A DNA stretch of 64,000 bases from Eledone cirrhosa (GCA_964016885.1 OZ024753.1:35092001-35156000); one strand, 5' to 3'. Shown: positions 15,236-28,370, counted from the first letter of the stretch. The notes: generated by a model from the letters alone, not told the origin. Program-made: numbers and translations.

Positions 15236-17669
15236 GTAAATGTTTTGTTTCTATTACAGTTCAATAGAATTATGAATTTGAAAAAAATTAGAGTAGGTTT
15301 ATTGTTAGTTACTTAATACACAAACATGCTTCTAAAGGTTGAAAAGACCCTGCAGTTGTGTTAAGGATATGACAATCTTTCAAGTGTTGGCGATCTACAT
15401 GATAAATGCACCCAGTACACACTGTAAAGTGGTTGGTGATATAAAGGGCATCTAGCTATGAGTCCTTTTTTTTGGTTAACATCCCTTTATCTATCAAATT
15501 AAAAAGCTTTACTGTAGCTTATTATTCAGAATACAAATTTTGTTTTAATCAAGCTAACAAAAAAATTGTAGTTGTCTATAAGATCTGTGTGATATTTTTT
15601 AGCTATTTTTATTGAGAAAAAGTGGGTTTTATGTCTCATGAAGTACAGTACTTTAAATTGGGAATAAACAGATTATATGTAAGGCACTTATTCTTGTAGT
15701 CTCATGACTGGGTTCATTCAAGGAGAATTTAAACAACTGGAATATTAATTTAGAAATTTTAAGAAGTAATATTAGAATATATTTTGATTACAGATTTCTG
15801 TTTAAATCTGCTTTAGATTTTAAATGATATTTTTATAATTTTGCCAAAAACAACCTCCTCTCCACCCCCCGAAAAAACAACAAGATCATTTAATATAGCA
15901 GTAGTTACCTAGAATGACTCCCTGTTCTACAAGCTGTGCAACCGATTGAGTAATGTTTCTCTAGAGACCCTTTATAAAAATAAAAAAATATTTTGACTGC
16001 TTATATTTGTGATCTATTTTTTTGGTCATTACCTAAGATGCATGGCCATAGGTAAAGGTGGACATGAATATGGAATTGAAGCAAGTGAATTTGGCTTTTA
16101 CACATACCCTGCCTTTTTTCTGATGACCAAGTACACCTATTCATATTAATCAAATAAAAATTTAACAGATTTTTTTCTATCAAAATATTAATAAATCTAT
16201 TGTTGAACCAGTGGATTGAGAACCTTGATGTAGCTGGTTTCCTGTTTCAACTGGAGCCTGCTGGCCTTGATTGTGGTGATGGGAAATGTCCCAGTGGTAT
16301 AATCCTGTTCCCATTTGAGGTGAGATAAATCTCTAATCTGGGATACTGCAATATGTTCTTTGCCTCCAACCTGATCATTTCAGCCACAAACCTGAGTACT
16401 GTCACCTATACCATGATAGAAAGAAAGACAGCTAAATGCTAGGAGTTGATTGATTGCTTTTGAGACCTCTGGTGTCTACAGTCCCTGAACTCTCATTTTC
16501 CTCCTTCAAAATTGGGAGCAGTACATCCTAGCTGAGGAAGTAGCTTAGGGGTGAAGTTGTTGATTCAATGCCATCGCCATTTTGTCTATGGGGCACAGCT
16601 GAGATATACCCCTTAGACGGGGGGGGGGGTGATAGTCTGCCTCGCTCTCCCCCTTTTTCTTACCTTCGTTATTTAATTTTTCTTTCTTTTTATATTGCAA
16701 ATAATGTATAATCCAATTGAAATTTGTTGAATAAACTTCACTAAAATTGAGAAAATAGACTCTACTCAAATATTTCCCGAGACAAGTGTATGTGCAGTGT
16801 GTAGGAGTCCAATGAAGAAATTACTTTATATAATTACTATGTATTTACCAATGAAATGATTTGTACGATTTTACATCACAATCTCTATGGTTACGAGAAA
16901 TTACATATCTGTGTTACTGTTGCTTCATTTCTGATTGGCTATTGAAATCCTGAAAAACCACCACATTATATAAAATGGATTCTATGAGCATGTTATATCT
17001 CTTGACAAATAACTTACTTTAATCAAATTTTATTCCATTTTCTCTTTCATTAAAAATTTAAAGGTTATTTTAAGAATTTATATATTTGAACACCTTCATA
17101 TGTCAAACCTGTTTTATTGTTCTCATTTCAAATAAATGTTTTACTAATACCTCTATAAATAGCGGAATCAGTTTATCTTTGTTTGATTATTGATATATTG
17201 GATTTTTATATTTGTGAGCTAGTTGCTACACCTTCGCTTTGACCTGTTTTATTATCAATTAAGATATTTTAACTATATAATCTAGGACCTTATAATCACT
17301 TGTTATATCATTTCTGTGACTGAAATCTAAAAATAAAAATGATAATGAAGCTTGATAAAATTTAATATAAAAATCTAAAGCTTTCATTAAAAGTAAACAA
17401 AATAACATTTACAATTGTGTAATAATTATATTTATCAATAATATTATGTAGTAGTATTCTTTTTTTTTCCTTTTTAATTACAATTGTCAAATCAGAAAAG
17501 GAAACTGCTATTGTAACTATCATCAGTTCATGGATGTTTAACTTTCTACTCTCAATACTTGTATGATCTGTCACAACAATGCAGTATTCAGTGCTTGTTA
17601 CTGCTGATACTACTGCTACAAACTGCTGCTGTTACTACTGCTGCTGATACTGCTGCTGATGCTGCAGCT

Positions 17670-17740
17670 TCCTTAATTCTTTCTCTCTCTCTCACTCTCC
17701 TTTTCTTTCTCTCTCTCTCTTCTTCTTCTTCTTTCAGTCT
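17670..17740 (+). promoter_or_regulatory. CT-rich tract ending in TCAGTC: initiator-like element or strong splice acceptor
   Basis: About 65-nt polypyrimidine run then ttcag|tc (TCAGTC at 17734-17739), about 620 nt upstream of the candidate ATG, in a region free of interspersed repeats. Confidence 0.4.
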
Positions 17741-18362
17741 CTACTTCTATGTCAGTTACTGGCTGCTGTCTTCTCGCTTTTGGTTGTGTGTTTCTTCTCT
17801 AATTGGATTCACCCAAAATGGGGTAATCAATATAGTCATAGAAAGTGGTGGCAACGATTCGTGGTTTGCTGTATAGTCTTTTCTTCAGTATTGATTTGAG
17901 GGGGTTTCAGCTCCATGGTGAAGCTGGCGCAGTTTTACCATATATAGATATTTGCCTCGAGCTCTTTCTTTCCATTGATAATCTTTGTTAATAATCAGAA
18001 CATATCAAATAGAAAAGGATGAAGATATTTTCCTCTTCTATTTCCTCTTTGAAGGATTGAGCTTACGTAGTAAAATTCTGGATTTGTGTACTACTATCGT
18101 TGAAAGCACGCAATCATCTATCACAACTACTACTATTTTCACTGTTTGAGTTGCTACATACTTAACTGGCAATGAAATGTAATTTTTATTTTTCATTTAT
18201 TGGTGGGGAAGAACAGATTGATTAAGAAAAGATAAACCCCCACCAACATTTTTTGATACTCACCAGTAGCACATTCAGTTCCCTATTGGAATTTATCAAG
18301 GGAGAATAGCCAGCTTGGTGTTGTTTTGTTTCTTTCTTGGATTCTTAAAATATTGAAATTCT

Positions 18363-18399
18363 ATGACCATGGAGACTAACATGGGGTCAATCAAACACA
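18363..18399 (+). CDS. candidate first coding exon (MTMETNMGSIKH + 1 nt, phase 1) of an unidentified gene
   Basis: In-frame TGA at 18354-18356, ATG at 18363, second ATG in Kozak context accATGg (18369), consensus donor ACA|gtgagt at 18400. Unique-sequence surroundings. Confidence 0.5.
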
Positions 18400-19252
18400 G
18401 TGAGTATTTTTCCGAGGCTTTGTAAAATTTATTATAGTAATAGAGGAAAAACACTGATCTTTTTTCTATGTTGATAGTTAAAAATGTTAATAAATTAATA
18501 ACAAAAGATATACATGCTCCCTTTGTCCTTTTCCTAACACAGTGTTCAGAAAATAAACCTTATTTAATGATTCAGTATTAATACATTCCTTGTTATTATC
18601 TCAGACAAATGATAATAGTAAATTTATAAAGAAGAATTCATTTAAAGTGTATCAGTAGGATTTAGAACTTATTATTTCTGAAGCAGTATGTAGAAATAAT
18701 TAATTTTCAGATAATCTCTAGCTTGGTTACAAAATACATTTTCTTTTCATTATATTTACAGCTATATTTTTTCTTCTACTTTCATTTAGAATTACTTCCT
18801 TATTAAAATAATCATTTTTTATATGACTTCTAATTTATAAAATGTTTTCATTTTAATTTCTGGTCAGTTCTTATAGATTTCTGTATTTCCTCATAATAAA
18901 CAGTTAGTAAATTATTTAATTTAAACGTTTCATGATTTGAAAATTTAATAATTCACTTTTTTGAGAATTTTCTTTTTAATATAAAAATACCTTACCAGGT
19001 ATTTTTATATGAAACATTATCAATTTGACATTAAAGAATATATATATATATATATTTATTTATTTACACTCCCTGTATATAATATATGTGTGTGTATAAA
19101 TATATATATAATGTATATATGTAAATATGTAAATGTATATGTATGTATATATGTATATATATTATATATTTATATTTTGGAACATTATATGTATTCAATC
19201 AAATACACTCTCATTTTGTCTCAATCAGAGACAACATTGTTTTAAATGTATA

Positions 19253-19284
<32 letters not shown>

Positions 19285-20399
19285 CTATAAATAGTAACAG
19301 GATTTCTGTTAATCACGTTCAGTTTATTTTAAATATAATGTTTCAAAATATAAATATATAATATAGAAGTCAACAAGGGCAGAGAAAATGACATTTAGAA
19401 AAAGGTTACATGATATAATCTATTCTCTAAAAAAAAATCTATTTATTTACTGTAATATAATAATTATTTCTAACCTGCAATTAGTGGATCAGTGACAGTC
19501 AGACTATTTAAGTTGAATTGAATATATATAGTAAGTAGAGCGTATAAAGGAGAGTTAGGTAAATCCTGAAATCAATAGTAATATTATGTTTGAAAAAGAT
19601 GTATGTCTCTATTTCATGTATGATAGAATAGAAGTTTTTATATTTTTACATTGTTATTATTTTTGCTTTTGTTTGTGTTTAAATAATTAATATTAATATT
19701 ACAAAGATTAACTATATAGTATAGATTGAAATGCAAATAAATGAAAATAGAAATTTTAGCAAATTAAAATACTAACAAATTCTATAACAGAACCATGATA
19801 ATTTAAAATATTAATTGTTAATAATATTTAAACAATGAAAAATTCTGTTTAAATGTTTACTTCTATTACATAAGTTAGGATGTAGTAACAGATATTTACA
19901 TTATAATATAAAGGGAATATTCATTGGAATTACTATATAGTTAATTCATAACATCCTGTACCACATGAAACCACATTACCAAGACATTTTTTAAAAAGTA
20001 CAAAACAACACTATAATCACATCATATTAAATATTGAACTGTTTGTTTTTTTTACTGTGAATTTTCACAATGATCTGTCCATTAGTAAAGACACCACAAA
20101 TATGTGAATTAACAAACCAGTGTTTTTAGATATTTTCTTTTAAATTATTACAGGATGGTAAGAGTTAAAGTTTGATATTAAGAATAATGAGTGGGCAGTG
20201 ATTAAGACTATTGGGTAAATTGATTGTGAATGTAGAAGGTCAATAACTAAAAATATCGACAGGGCATGCTGAAGTGAATAATTGAAAACATTGTGAGACT
20301 GTAGAGAGGTTATTTACTTCCAACATTGACTGCTAGTATTCAGTTACGATATTGATTTAGAGATATTGACTATAATCACCATAGAAAATATTTGTTGTA

Positions 20400-20445
<46 letters not shown>

Positions 20446-20484
20446 ACATTTATATATGTATATAAAGATAGACATATATGTATA

Positions 20485-20556
<72 letters not shown>

Positions 20557-20661
20557 TAATATTGAATATATAATATATATATATATATATGTTTAGCCCA
20601 GGTTCAATCGGGGGTAACCACAGTAAGTATGGTACTCAATACATAGCAGAGTACAAATATT

Positions 20662-20763
20662 TAATATAGAACTGTCTCTACAGGACTAGAACTGTTTCAT
20701 TTGGCTGATAATTTGCTAATAATTTCTCCCAAATGAAACAGTACTAGTCCTGTAGAAGCCAAT

Positions 20764-20772
<9 letters not shown>
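20662..20772. repeat. imperfect inverted repeat (about 43-bp arms) in a (TA)n island, hammerhead 3' half-like
   Basis: aatatagaactgtctctacaggactagaactgtttcatttgg / ccaaatGAAACagtactaGTCctgtagaagccaattctatatt. Confidence 0.8.
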
Positions 20773-20815
<43 letters not shown>

Positions 20816-20819
20816 TCAA

Positions 20820-21017
20820 TGATATTAAATAAATGGAAACTATATTTATAAAACCATATTTATTCTATTATATATATTTCAAGGGTACCAAAACTTTGGT
20901 ACGCTCTCATCAGATAAAATACAAAGATGAGAGCGTACCAAAGTTTTGGTACCCTTGAAATATATATAATAGAATAAATATGTTTTTATAAATATACTTT
21001 CCATTTATTTAATATCA
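20820..21017. repeat. 92-bp-arm inverted repeat (2 mismatches, 14-nt loop)
   Basis: Arms 20820-20911 and 20926-21017. The right arm continues as unique element sequence to about 21115. Confidence 0.95.
20862..20920 (-). ncRNA. minimal type I hammerhead ribozyme
   Basis: ATTTTAT CTGATGA GAGCGTACCAA AGTT TTGGTACCCTT GAAA TATATA TA^ ATAGAAT: both core boxes, 11-bp stem II with one C.C mismatch, 7-bp stem I, palindromic stem III loop, AUA cleavage triplet. Confidence 0.75.
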
Positions 21018-21359
21018 GTGAATATTATACCCCAGAAAAACTGTCGAGTGCTTTGAATCAGTTATAAACATTTATATTTGTTGAATTACCAACAAATTGA
21101 ATATCCCTTTTGCTTTTATATATATATATACTGTTCAATAAATCCAGATAGCGAATCTAGTGAATCTACTACTTATGTACATACACATACACCCACACAT
21201 CATATATATGCATGGGCTATTATCAGAAATTTTAAGACTCTTTTTCTTCTATATCAAGCATTAAACTACAATGTCATTATTGTATTGTATTAGTCTGTTA
21301 TTTTTCCTTGTTGATATTTCTTATACATATATATATACATATATAATATATATATATAT

Positions 21360-21681
21360 AACGAAGGAAATGTGGTAAGGAACCAGGTGGACCATAACGC
21401 ACCAAAGTACTCAATACTTAGGGTAGTAGAGTGGGTAATAGGAACAAGTAGGACCCCGACGGCTGAGCTCAAGCCGTTTCGACAGCTAATTCTGGACGAA
21501 TTAGCCGTCGAAACGGCTTGAGCTCAGCCGTCGGGGTCCTACTCGTTCCTATATATATATATATATATAGGAACAAGTAGGACCCCGACGGCTGAGCTCA
21601 AGCCGTTTCGACAGCTAATTCTGGACGAATTAGCCGTCGAAACGGCTTGAGCTCAGCCGTCGGGGTCCTACTCGTTCCTAT
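21360..21681. mobile_element. (TA)n-embedded fold-back element (family P) with duplicated 115-bp palindrome
   Basis: Unique arm 21360-21437, palindromes 21438-21552 and 21567-21681 (55-bp arms, loop tggac) joined by (TA)n. Confidence 0.9.
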
Positions 21682-22042
21682 ATATATATATATTTTTTTT
21701 TTATTTCATTACCAAAGGTTTCAAGAAACTAGATGATTCTTGTAAGGAACATCCAGTTCTTGAAACCTTCGGTAATGAAAGAATTATATTGTGTTGTTTG
21801 TTATGTAATGAAATAGCTCTGTAAAATAGATAGAGCACTCTTTTTTCCTTTACCTTTTCTATGGAAATACTTAACACACACACATATATATATATATACA
21901 CATATATGCGTGTGTGAATATATATATATGTATATATGTATATATATATATATATATGTGTGTGTGTATGTATTCATATCTATGTGTGTATCCATATATA
22001 TATATGTGTGTGTGTATGTATACATATCTATGTGTGTATCCA

Positions 22043-22083
<41 letters not shown>

Positions 22084-22953
22084 TGTGATAGTAGGATTGC
22101 CATGTATATATATTTATAAAAGGAGCATGATATGCACAAATAGATACTAAGGTATCGTCGCACATGTGTATATTGATATTTATACACACACACACATATA
22201 TACACACATGTATATACATGTATGTATATCATGTATATATATATAAACACATGCGCACACATTTTATATATATATATTTATGTGTGTGTGTATATATGTG
22301 TGTGTATATAATTCTATATATATGTGTGTATATATACGCTGGCTGGACTAAAAAGTCACACTCGTTGAGCGCATCGGTAGGGGTTCTCCTACATGGATAT
22401 AAAGTAGTGGCCGTACTCGAAAATGAGTTGGCAGCCACTATATATATATATATATTTAATACAATAACAGAGATAGTTTAAAGCTAAACTCTGACTGGTA
22501 ACCATCTCACTCAACAAACATTAGGTTATATTAAAATATAAACCCCCAATTTAAGTGTTTGGGGTGCTAACAATATGTATAATGTGGAAAAACCAGTTGT
22601 ATTATTTTATGAGATATAATTAAAGTTAAAGTATATATATATATATATATATATTTGTGTATCAAAAATCCTCATTAGAAATGTAATCTTATGTGAGCCA
22701 TATTGGTGGTGTGGCGATTTATTTTTCTGTTCTTTTATTGAGTTGGTGAAGTACACTGGAAACAATTGTCAATTTGATAATGATGAATGAGGGAAACACC
22801 ATCTAAGTGGATGTCAACAAAAGATTACCATTTAGATAGAGCAATAACTTCATTAATAACACCAAACTATGTTCACCATCATGTTGAGAAGGTCTTGGGT
22901 CAGTGATGGTCACCTCCTTCATCTTCTTTAGAATATCTTGTGAGTCACCTGAA

Positions 22954-23312
22954 CCCTTTAGCATTTAAGCCAACCATATCCAGTCAGAATTCTCTCACCT
23001 CTTTCTGCTCAAAACGGCCATAACTGGCCGCTCATATTGACGTTAACGTATTGTTCTCAAAATAAATAATTGTTTCTACTTTTGGCACAAGGCCAGCAAA
23101 TACCCAGTGCATTACTGGTACTTTATTTTATCGACCTCGTAAGGATGAAAGGCAAAGTTAACCTCGGCGGGATTTGAACTCAGTCCGTAAAGGAATGTAA
23201 TGTGTTCTCAAAATAAATAATATCAAAATCTCATAGATTCGATATTATGTGAGGTAAAGCTTTTACTGTGAAAATACAATAGTAACTATAGAGTAATGTA
23301 AATGGTAAAGAG
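22954..23312. mobile_element. piggyBac-type MITE family 1 interrupted by a SINE
   Basis: TIRs ccctttagcattta / taaatggtaaagag|TTAA. Opposite orientation to the 5611 copy. Confidence 0.85.
23071..23202 (-). mobile_element. 5'-truncated SINE family B with 19-bp target-site duplication
   Basis: tgttctcaaaataaataat at 23052-23070 and 23203-23221. Confidence 0.9.
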
Positions 23313-23368
23313 TTAATATAACTATGTTATGTATATTAATTTATTAATTATGTGTCCATGTACTTAAA

Positions 23369-23720
23369 GGCTGTGAATTAGCAGAGTTGTTAGAACGTTG
23401 GATAGAATGCCTTGTGGTATTTATTCCAGCTCACTGCTCTCTCAGTTCAAATCCCGCCGAGGTCAACTTTGCCTTTCATCCTTTCGAGGTTGATAAAAAA
23501 AAGTACCAGTCTACTACTGGGCTCGATTCTTCCTCTATATTCCTTTCACATTTCCTCTCTCTCCCTTTCTATCTTTCTCTGGAAGAAATCTGCTGTACTC
23601 AGGCCTAGAAAGGTGATGGGTTCTGCCAGGCTTAAAATGGCCAAGAAACGCAGTATGTCAATACGGCGCCCTTACGACTCTATCAGGAGTTACAGGACCA
23701 TACGATACCACACCATATCG
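23369..23720 (+). mobile_element. SINE family B variant with alternative 3' tail (ggaagaaatctgctgtactcag...atcaggagttacaggacca), 13-bp TSD
   Basis: ccatgtacttaaa at 23356-23368 and 23721-23733. Homologues at 11285-11590, 59085-59375, and a partial minus copy at about 58495-58620. Confidence 0.85.
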
Positions 23721-26702
23721 CCATGTACTTAAAACCTGAAATGCAATGTTCTCCACCAGCCCGGTTTATCCTGGAATAGTCCAATAATCCTTTATGGTGT
23801 CCTGCCGACTAAATAAATGTTATGGGGCATTACATCTCCTTCCCTTCTCTCTCTCTGTATATACATATGACCGTACATAAGCAGGATAGATTCTCTCGGC
23901 TGATCTGGGAGGTCAGTAATCTCGATTAAGTATTGACTTATATGATGATGATGTTAGATATGTTTATATATTTATGTGTATATTATATACATATATATAT
24001 GTTTTCATCACCATCATCGTTTAACGTCCATTTTCCATGCTAGCATGGGTTAGATGTGTCATCCCATTTGAGGTAAGTTGGGTCAGGTGCCTGTGTCTTA
24101 CACATATGTATCTATATAGGTATATATGCTTATGTATATATGTATATATATTATATATATATATGTTTATATATATAATATGTATATATATTATATATGA
24201 ATATATATATATATATATAGCACTCACTGTAAACGAGGTTGGTGTTAGGAAGGGCATCCAGCTGTAGAAATCAAGCTAGAATCAGTTCCCGTCCCACCCT
24301 TGCAAGCAGGGAAACGCGGACGTAAAATGATGATGATAATATGATATTATCACGTTGGAGTGTGTATGGCAGTATTATTATGAATTAGAAGGCAATATGT
24401 TTGAATTTAACCACATTCCATTATGTAATCACTGTTATACGTATCTCAATGGCATCTGTTATGTGATATTCAGGCACGATCTCAGCAGACAGTTCTTTAC
24501 TGTAAGTTCTTATCTGATATACCGGCTGGTGAGCTTAGCTGTTGTTTCTTCAATGGTTGTTAGTTAAAACAAAAATATTATCAACAGCAAGTAGAAAATA
24601 ACTGGTAAAATTTAATTAAAGAAGGCTGAGGGTTGAAGAAGCTATATGAGACTCATAAATGTTGTTCTGAACATTTCATTATGGTTCAAGATCAAAATGC
24701 ATAGAAAAATTTACTGTAGTACAGAACCATCTAACTTATTTTATTCTAGATTTTATGTTAAAAGGATAATTTGGATGAAATATACATATATCTGTATTAT
24801 AGTTATTATTGATAGTTTACACACTAAATATGGTAAATACTGGATCTTCTACTGCTTGTTGAGTCTCTACAAAGTCTTTAAACAGGCAATACTTTACTGA
24901 GTATATGTGCTCTTTGGATTTTAGTCTTCAAGTTTATTATTATTACTATATATATATGTATATATGAATTGCCTAAATAGAAATGGAATTTATTTATTCT
25001 ATGTATTATTTTTATTTCTAATTTATAAATATTGATGTATATATGCAGGATTTTGCATTTACATACTTTCCAGTTATTTGGTTTGGTGGTGTGTGTGTGT
25101 GGGGGGGGAGATTATAGCATCTACCCTACTCCTCTCTAGCCTCAGCCTCATGGACCTTAGCATACATTTTCTCTTAAAACCCTTATCCATCACTTTTTGT
25201 ATGTCTAGTTACATTCATAAAGAAATTGCATGTTTTTATCATGAGTTAGGATATGCTTGCTCAGATCATTGAATAAATATTTGTTTAAACACTGTCAGTT
25301 GGGATCAGAATCAGGATATTTCTCAGGTCAAACTGATCAGTATTGGCTACACTAAAATCCTAAGTAGCTGATATGAAATTGTCTGAAATGGTTTCCTTTC
25401 TTCACAGCAGTTAGAAATATGACATTATTTAAAAATTGCCAGAAACGTTAGTGTCGGGCAACATGCTTTGCAGCATAGAGTTACGGTGCTTTATGTTCTG
25501 AGTTCAAATTCCACCAAAGTTAGCTTTGTCTTTCATCCTTACGGGGTTGATAAAATAAAGCACCAGTACTGCACTGGGGTCAATTTAATCGACTTTCCTT
25601 TCTCCTAAAATTGTTAGCCTTAAGCCTAAATCAGAAACCATTAATTGATTAGGAAAATATTTTTTCATCCACATAGGTTTGATATTTTTGCTATTCATTA
25701 CAGACAATGTTTTTCATTCTTTCTATTATAAATAAATTACTTGCTCAATATTCAAGAGTATCTTGGATATTTTTTATGCTTAGTTTCTCTTGACTATAAA
25801 TATTTCCACTCAGCTTCATCTATTTATTGACTAAAATTGTTCAAGGTGAAATAACTCTGTAATGTCATCAATAACAACTAAAATGTTTTTCAGTTAAATG
25901 TTAATAATAGAATTATTATTAAAAGGCATGAGAAAGCTACAATGATTATTACAAAATATTTTTTAAAACTCATTCAATAGCTAATTGTTAAACTATAGTA
26001 AGTTAATGATCATTTTAGTTCTTCAGTGAAAAGAAACTATACTTATTTGGTTAAAATATATCAAATTGCTAAATGGTAATGAAGACATTTGGAGGAGCTG
26101 GGCCATTAACAATGAAGTTCTTGTCATCTTTGGTGGCTTGCCTTTCCAAAGTATCGGGTGATGTTTTAAGGGTGTTTGGTTATTCCAGTGCTTTAGCCCT
26201 ACTATCACTTGTGGCAATGCTGCGAGTGTGTTGGCTTGCCTAAAAAAATATTAGAGGGAAACTCCAGTGCCCCTTGTGATGTGTGATGGAGTGTGCAGGT
26301 CTTCTTTGCCTTTTTTCTTCTTTATTCCTCTCTCTCTTCCTCATTCTACCCTTTCTTCTTTTTGGGGGGGCTATTATATATATCTGCATAGTCTTGTTCA
26401 TTCTATAAACTGTATTGATTTTTTTAAAAATTATTTTAAGGAATTCTGCCTACTCAAGTTATCTTTCAGTTTGTATTTTCTTTAAAATTAAATGGATCAT
26501 TGATATAAACCTTCATTAAATAATTATTTATCTTTATACCTTTATAAAAGTGTTTTCAAATATTCTTTCTTTTCATATACATTGTGGCTTTTAAAGCCTT
26601 TTATTCTTTAATAACACATGACAAATATTCATTGTTTGCCTTTTTATACATTCTTTGCATCTTCTAAAATCAGCGCTCTGCTTGTAATTATTTAAATCTA
26701 TA

Positions 26703-27103
26703 AGTGTGGCAGATGGGGAAAATCGTTAGTGTGTTAGATGAAATGCTCTGCTGCGTTTTGTTTCGGCTCTATACATTCTGAGTTCAAAAACCTGCCAAGG
26801 TCAACTTTGCCGTTCATCCTTTTTGGGTTGATGAAATAAAGAAACAGTCAAGCACTGCGGTTCAATAAAATCGATTTTCTCTTCCCTTGTATTGCTGACC
26901 TTGTACCTAAATTAGAAACAGTGAATTGGCAGTATCGGTAGAGGGTCGGATGCCATGCTTTGACGCATAGAGTTACGGCCCTTGCCATTCTGAGTTCAAA
27001 TCCCGCCGAGGTTAACTTTGCCTTTCATCCTTACGGGGGTCGATAAAATAAAGTACCAGTAATGTACTGGGTAATTTGCTGACCTTGTGCCAATAGTAGA
27101 AAC
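26703..27103 (+). mobile_element. two head-to-tail family B SINEs within one 16-bp direct repeat
   Basis: Old copy 26703-26920, young copy 26921-27103. aattatttaaatctat at 26686-26701 and 27104-27119. Confidence 0.85.
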
Positions 27104-27987
27104 AATTATTTAAATCTATTGAACTACATGTAATAGACCCAAACTTTTTTAAAAACTTTATTTACACGTGAACAGAAGGTGCATTGCCTAATGACCAGAG
27201 TGTTGGACTCACAATCATAAGGTCAGTCCTCTAGTCCCTGGATTGAGCATCATGTTATGTCCTTGAGCAAGACACTTCTTTTCATATTACTCCTTGTAAC
27301 TCAGAGAAGATAAATGAATACTAGCTGCAGCAGAGAGGTTAACCTCATGATAGCCATGCCCCAGCATGACTACAGGCCATGGGTTAGAACAGGTAAAAGA
27401 GCATATAGTAAAAAAGTAAAGAGTATCAGTTTTGTTAGAAAGTAAGTAAGCTTTCTCTATATTTGCTTTCAAAAAACATAGTTACAAATTCATAAGGATT
27501 AATTAGGATGAACTGATCTTGTATTCAGATTAAATAAGACTAGATATGATAATATTTATGTATGATTGGCTGTCTTGGTGTACTTTATATTGAAATTTCA
27601 CAAAGAAATTTACAGCAGATGAGTTTAAGAAACTAATATAGTATTGTAGATTCAACATCTGCACATTTGAATTAAAGCAGATGCAGATTAGATCACTTAC
27701 TGCTGAGGGATTAGATTAAGCTGATTAACAGAAATCATCATTTTTACACTTTAGTTGTGGTACAGCCCTTCCAGGTATAACTTTTAATCTATGGGATAAA
27801 CATTTTGTATGAGTGAAGAGAGAGTAGTAGCCACTAATTAATGTTAAATGTGTAGGACTTAGTTCCTCTGATTAATTGATATCTTCATTTATTTGGCTTT
27901 CTACTAAAAACTTTTAGTGAATACAAGTAGAAATTTAGACAAAATTATTTAATTCTAATAACTAACAGCTTGAGAAAGTTGAAAGTG

Positions 27988-28018
<31 letters not shown>

Positions 28019-28239
28019 GTTGGTGTTAGGAAGGGCATCCAGCCATAGAAAACCTGCCAGATAGTCCTATATGAGCGAGACATGGTCACCCGACCAACCT
28101 TGCCTCAAATTGGGACAACTCCCATCTAACCCATGCTAGTGTGGAAGATGGACATTAAATGATGATGATGATGATGAGGGGGATTTCTGCCATTAGCCAT
28201 TCTTGTGTATCTTTCTATTTCTTCTTTATATTCTCATTC

Positions 28240-28370
28240 TATTTTCTGATGAAGGACTAGATTTAGAAACGTTAAGACTCTTTTCCTACTATATCAAGCA
28301 TAAAACTAATAATATATTTCTTCATTGTACTGTATCATTTGCTTTGTTATTTCTGTTTACCTTTTGCATA
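28240..28370 (+). mobile_element. Penelope-like terminal fragment with hammerhead core
   Basis: CTGATGA(28246-28252)-aggactagattta-GAAA(28266-28269)CGTT-aaga. Stem II weak. Downstream part homologous to 21225-21320. Confidence 0.55.

Noticed and set aside
17559-17876. 105-aa ORF with signal-peptide-like hydrophobic runs
   Set aside because: Built from (CTG)n and CT-rich low-complexity tracts, non-ATG start (ttg). Better explained as promoter/UTR sequence.
18363-18399. Naming the exon as CREB/CREM on the basis of MTME(T)
   Set aside because: Only 4-5 residues match. Insufficient for a gene symbol.
21290-21472. Recurrent [14 protein letters not shown]... (also 28440, 62484) as a gene family
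   Set aside because: Translation of the family P repeat running into (TA)n, apparently without a true ATG start (ttg), and no coding signature.
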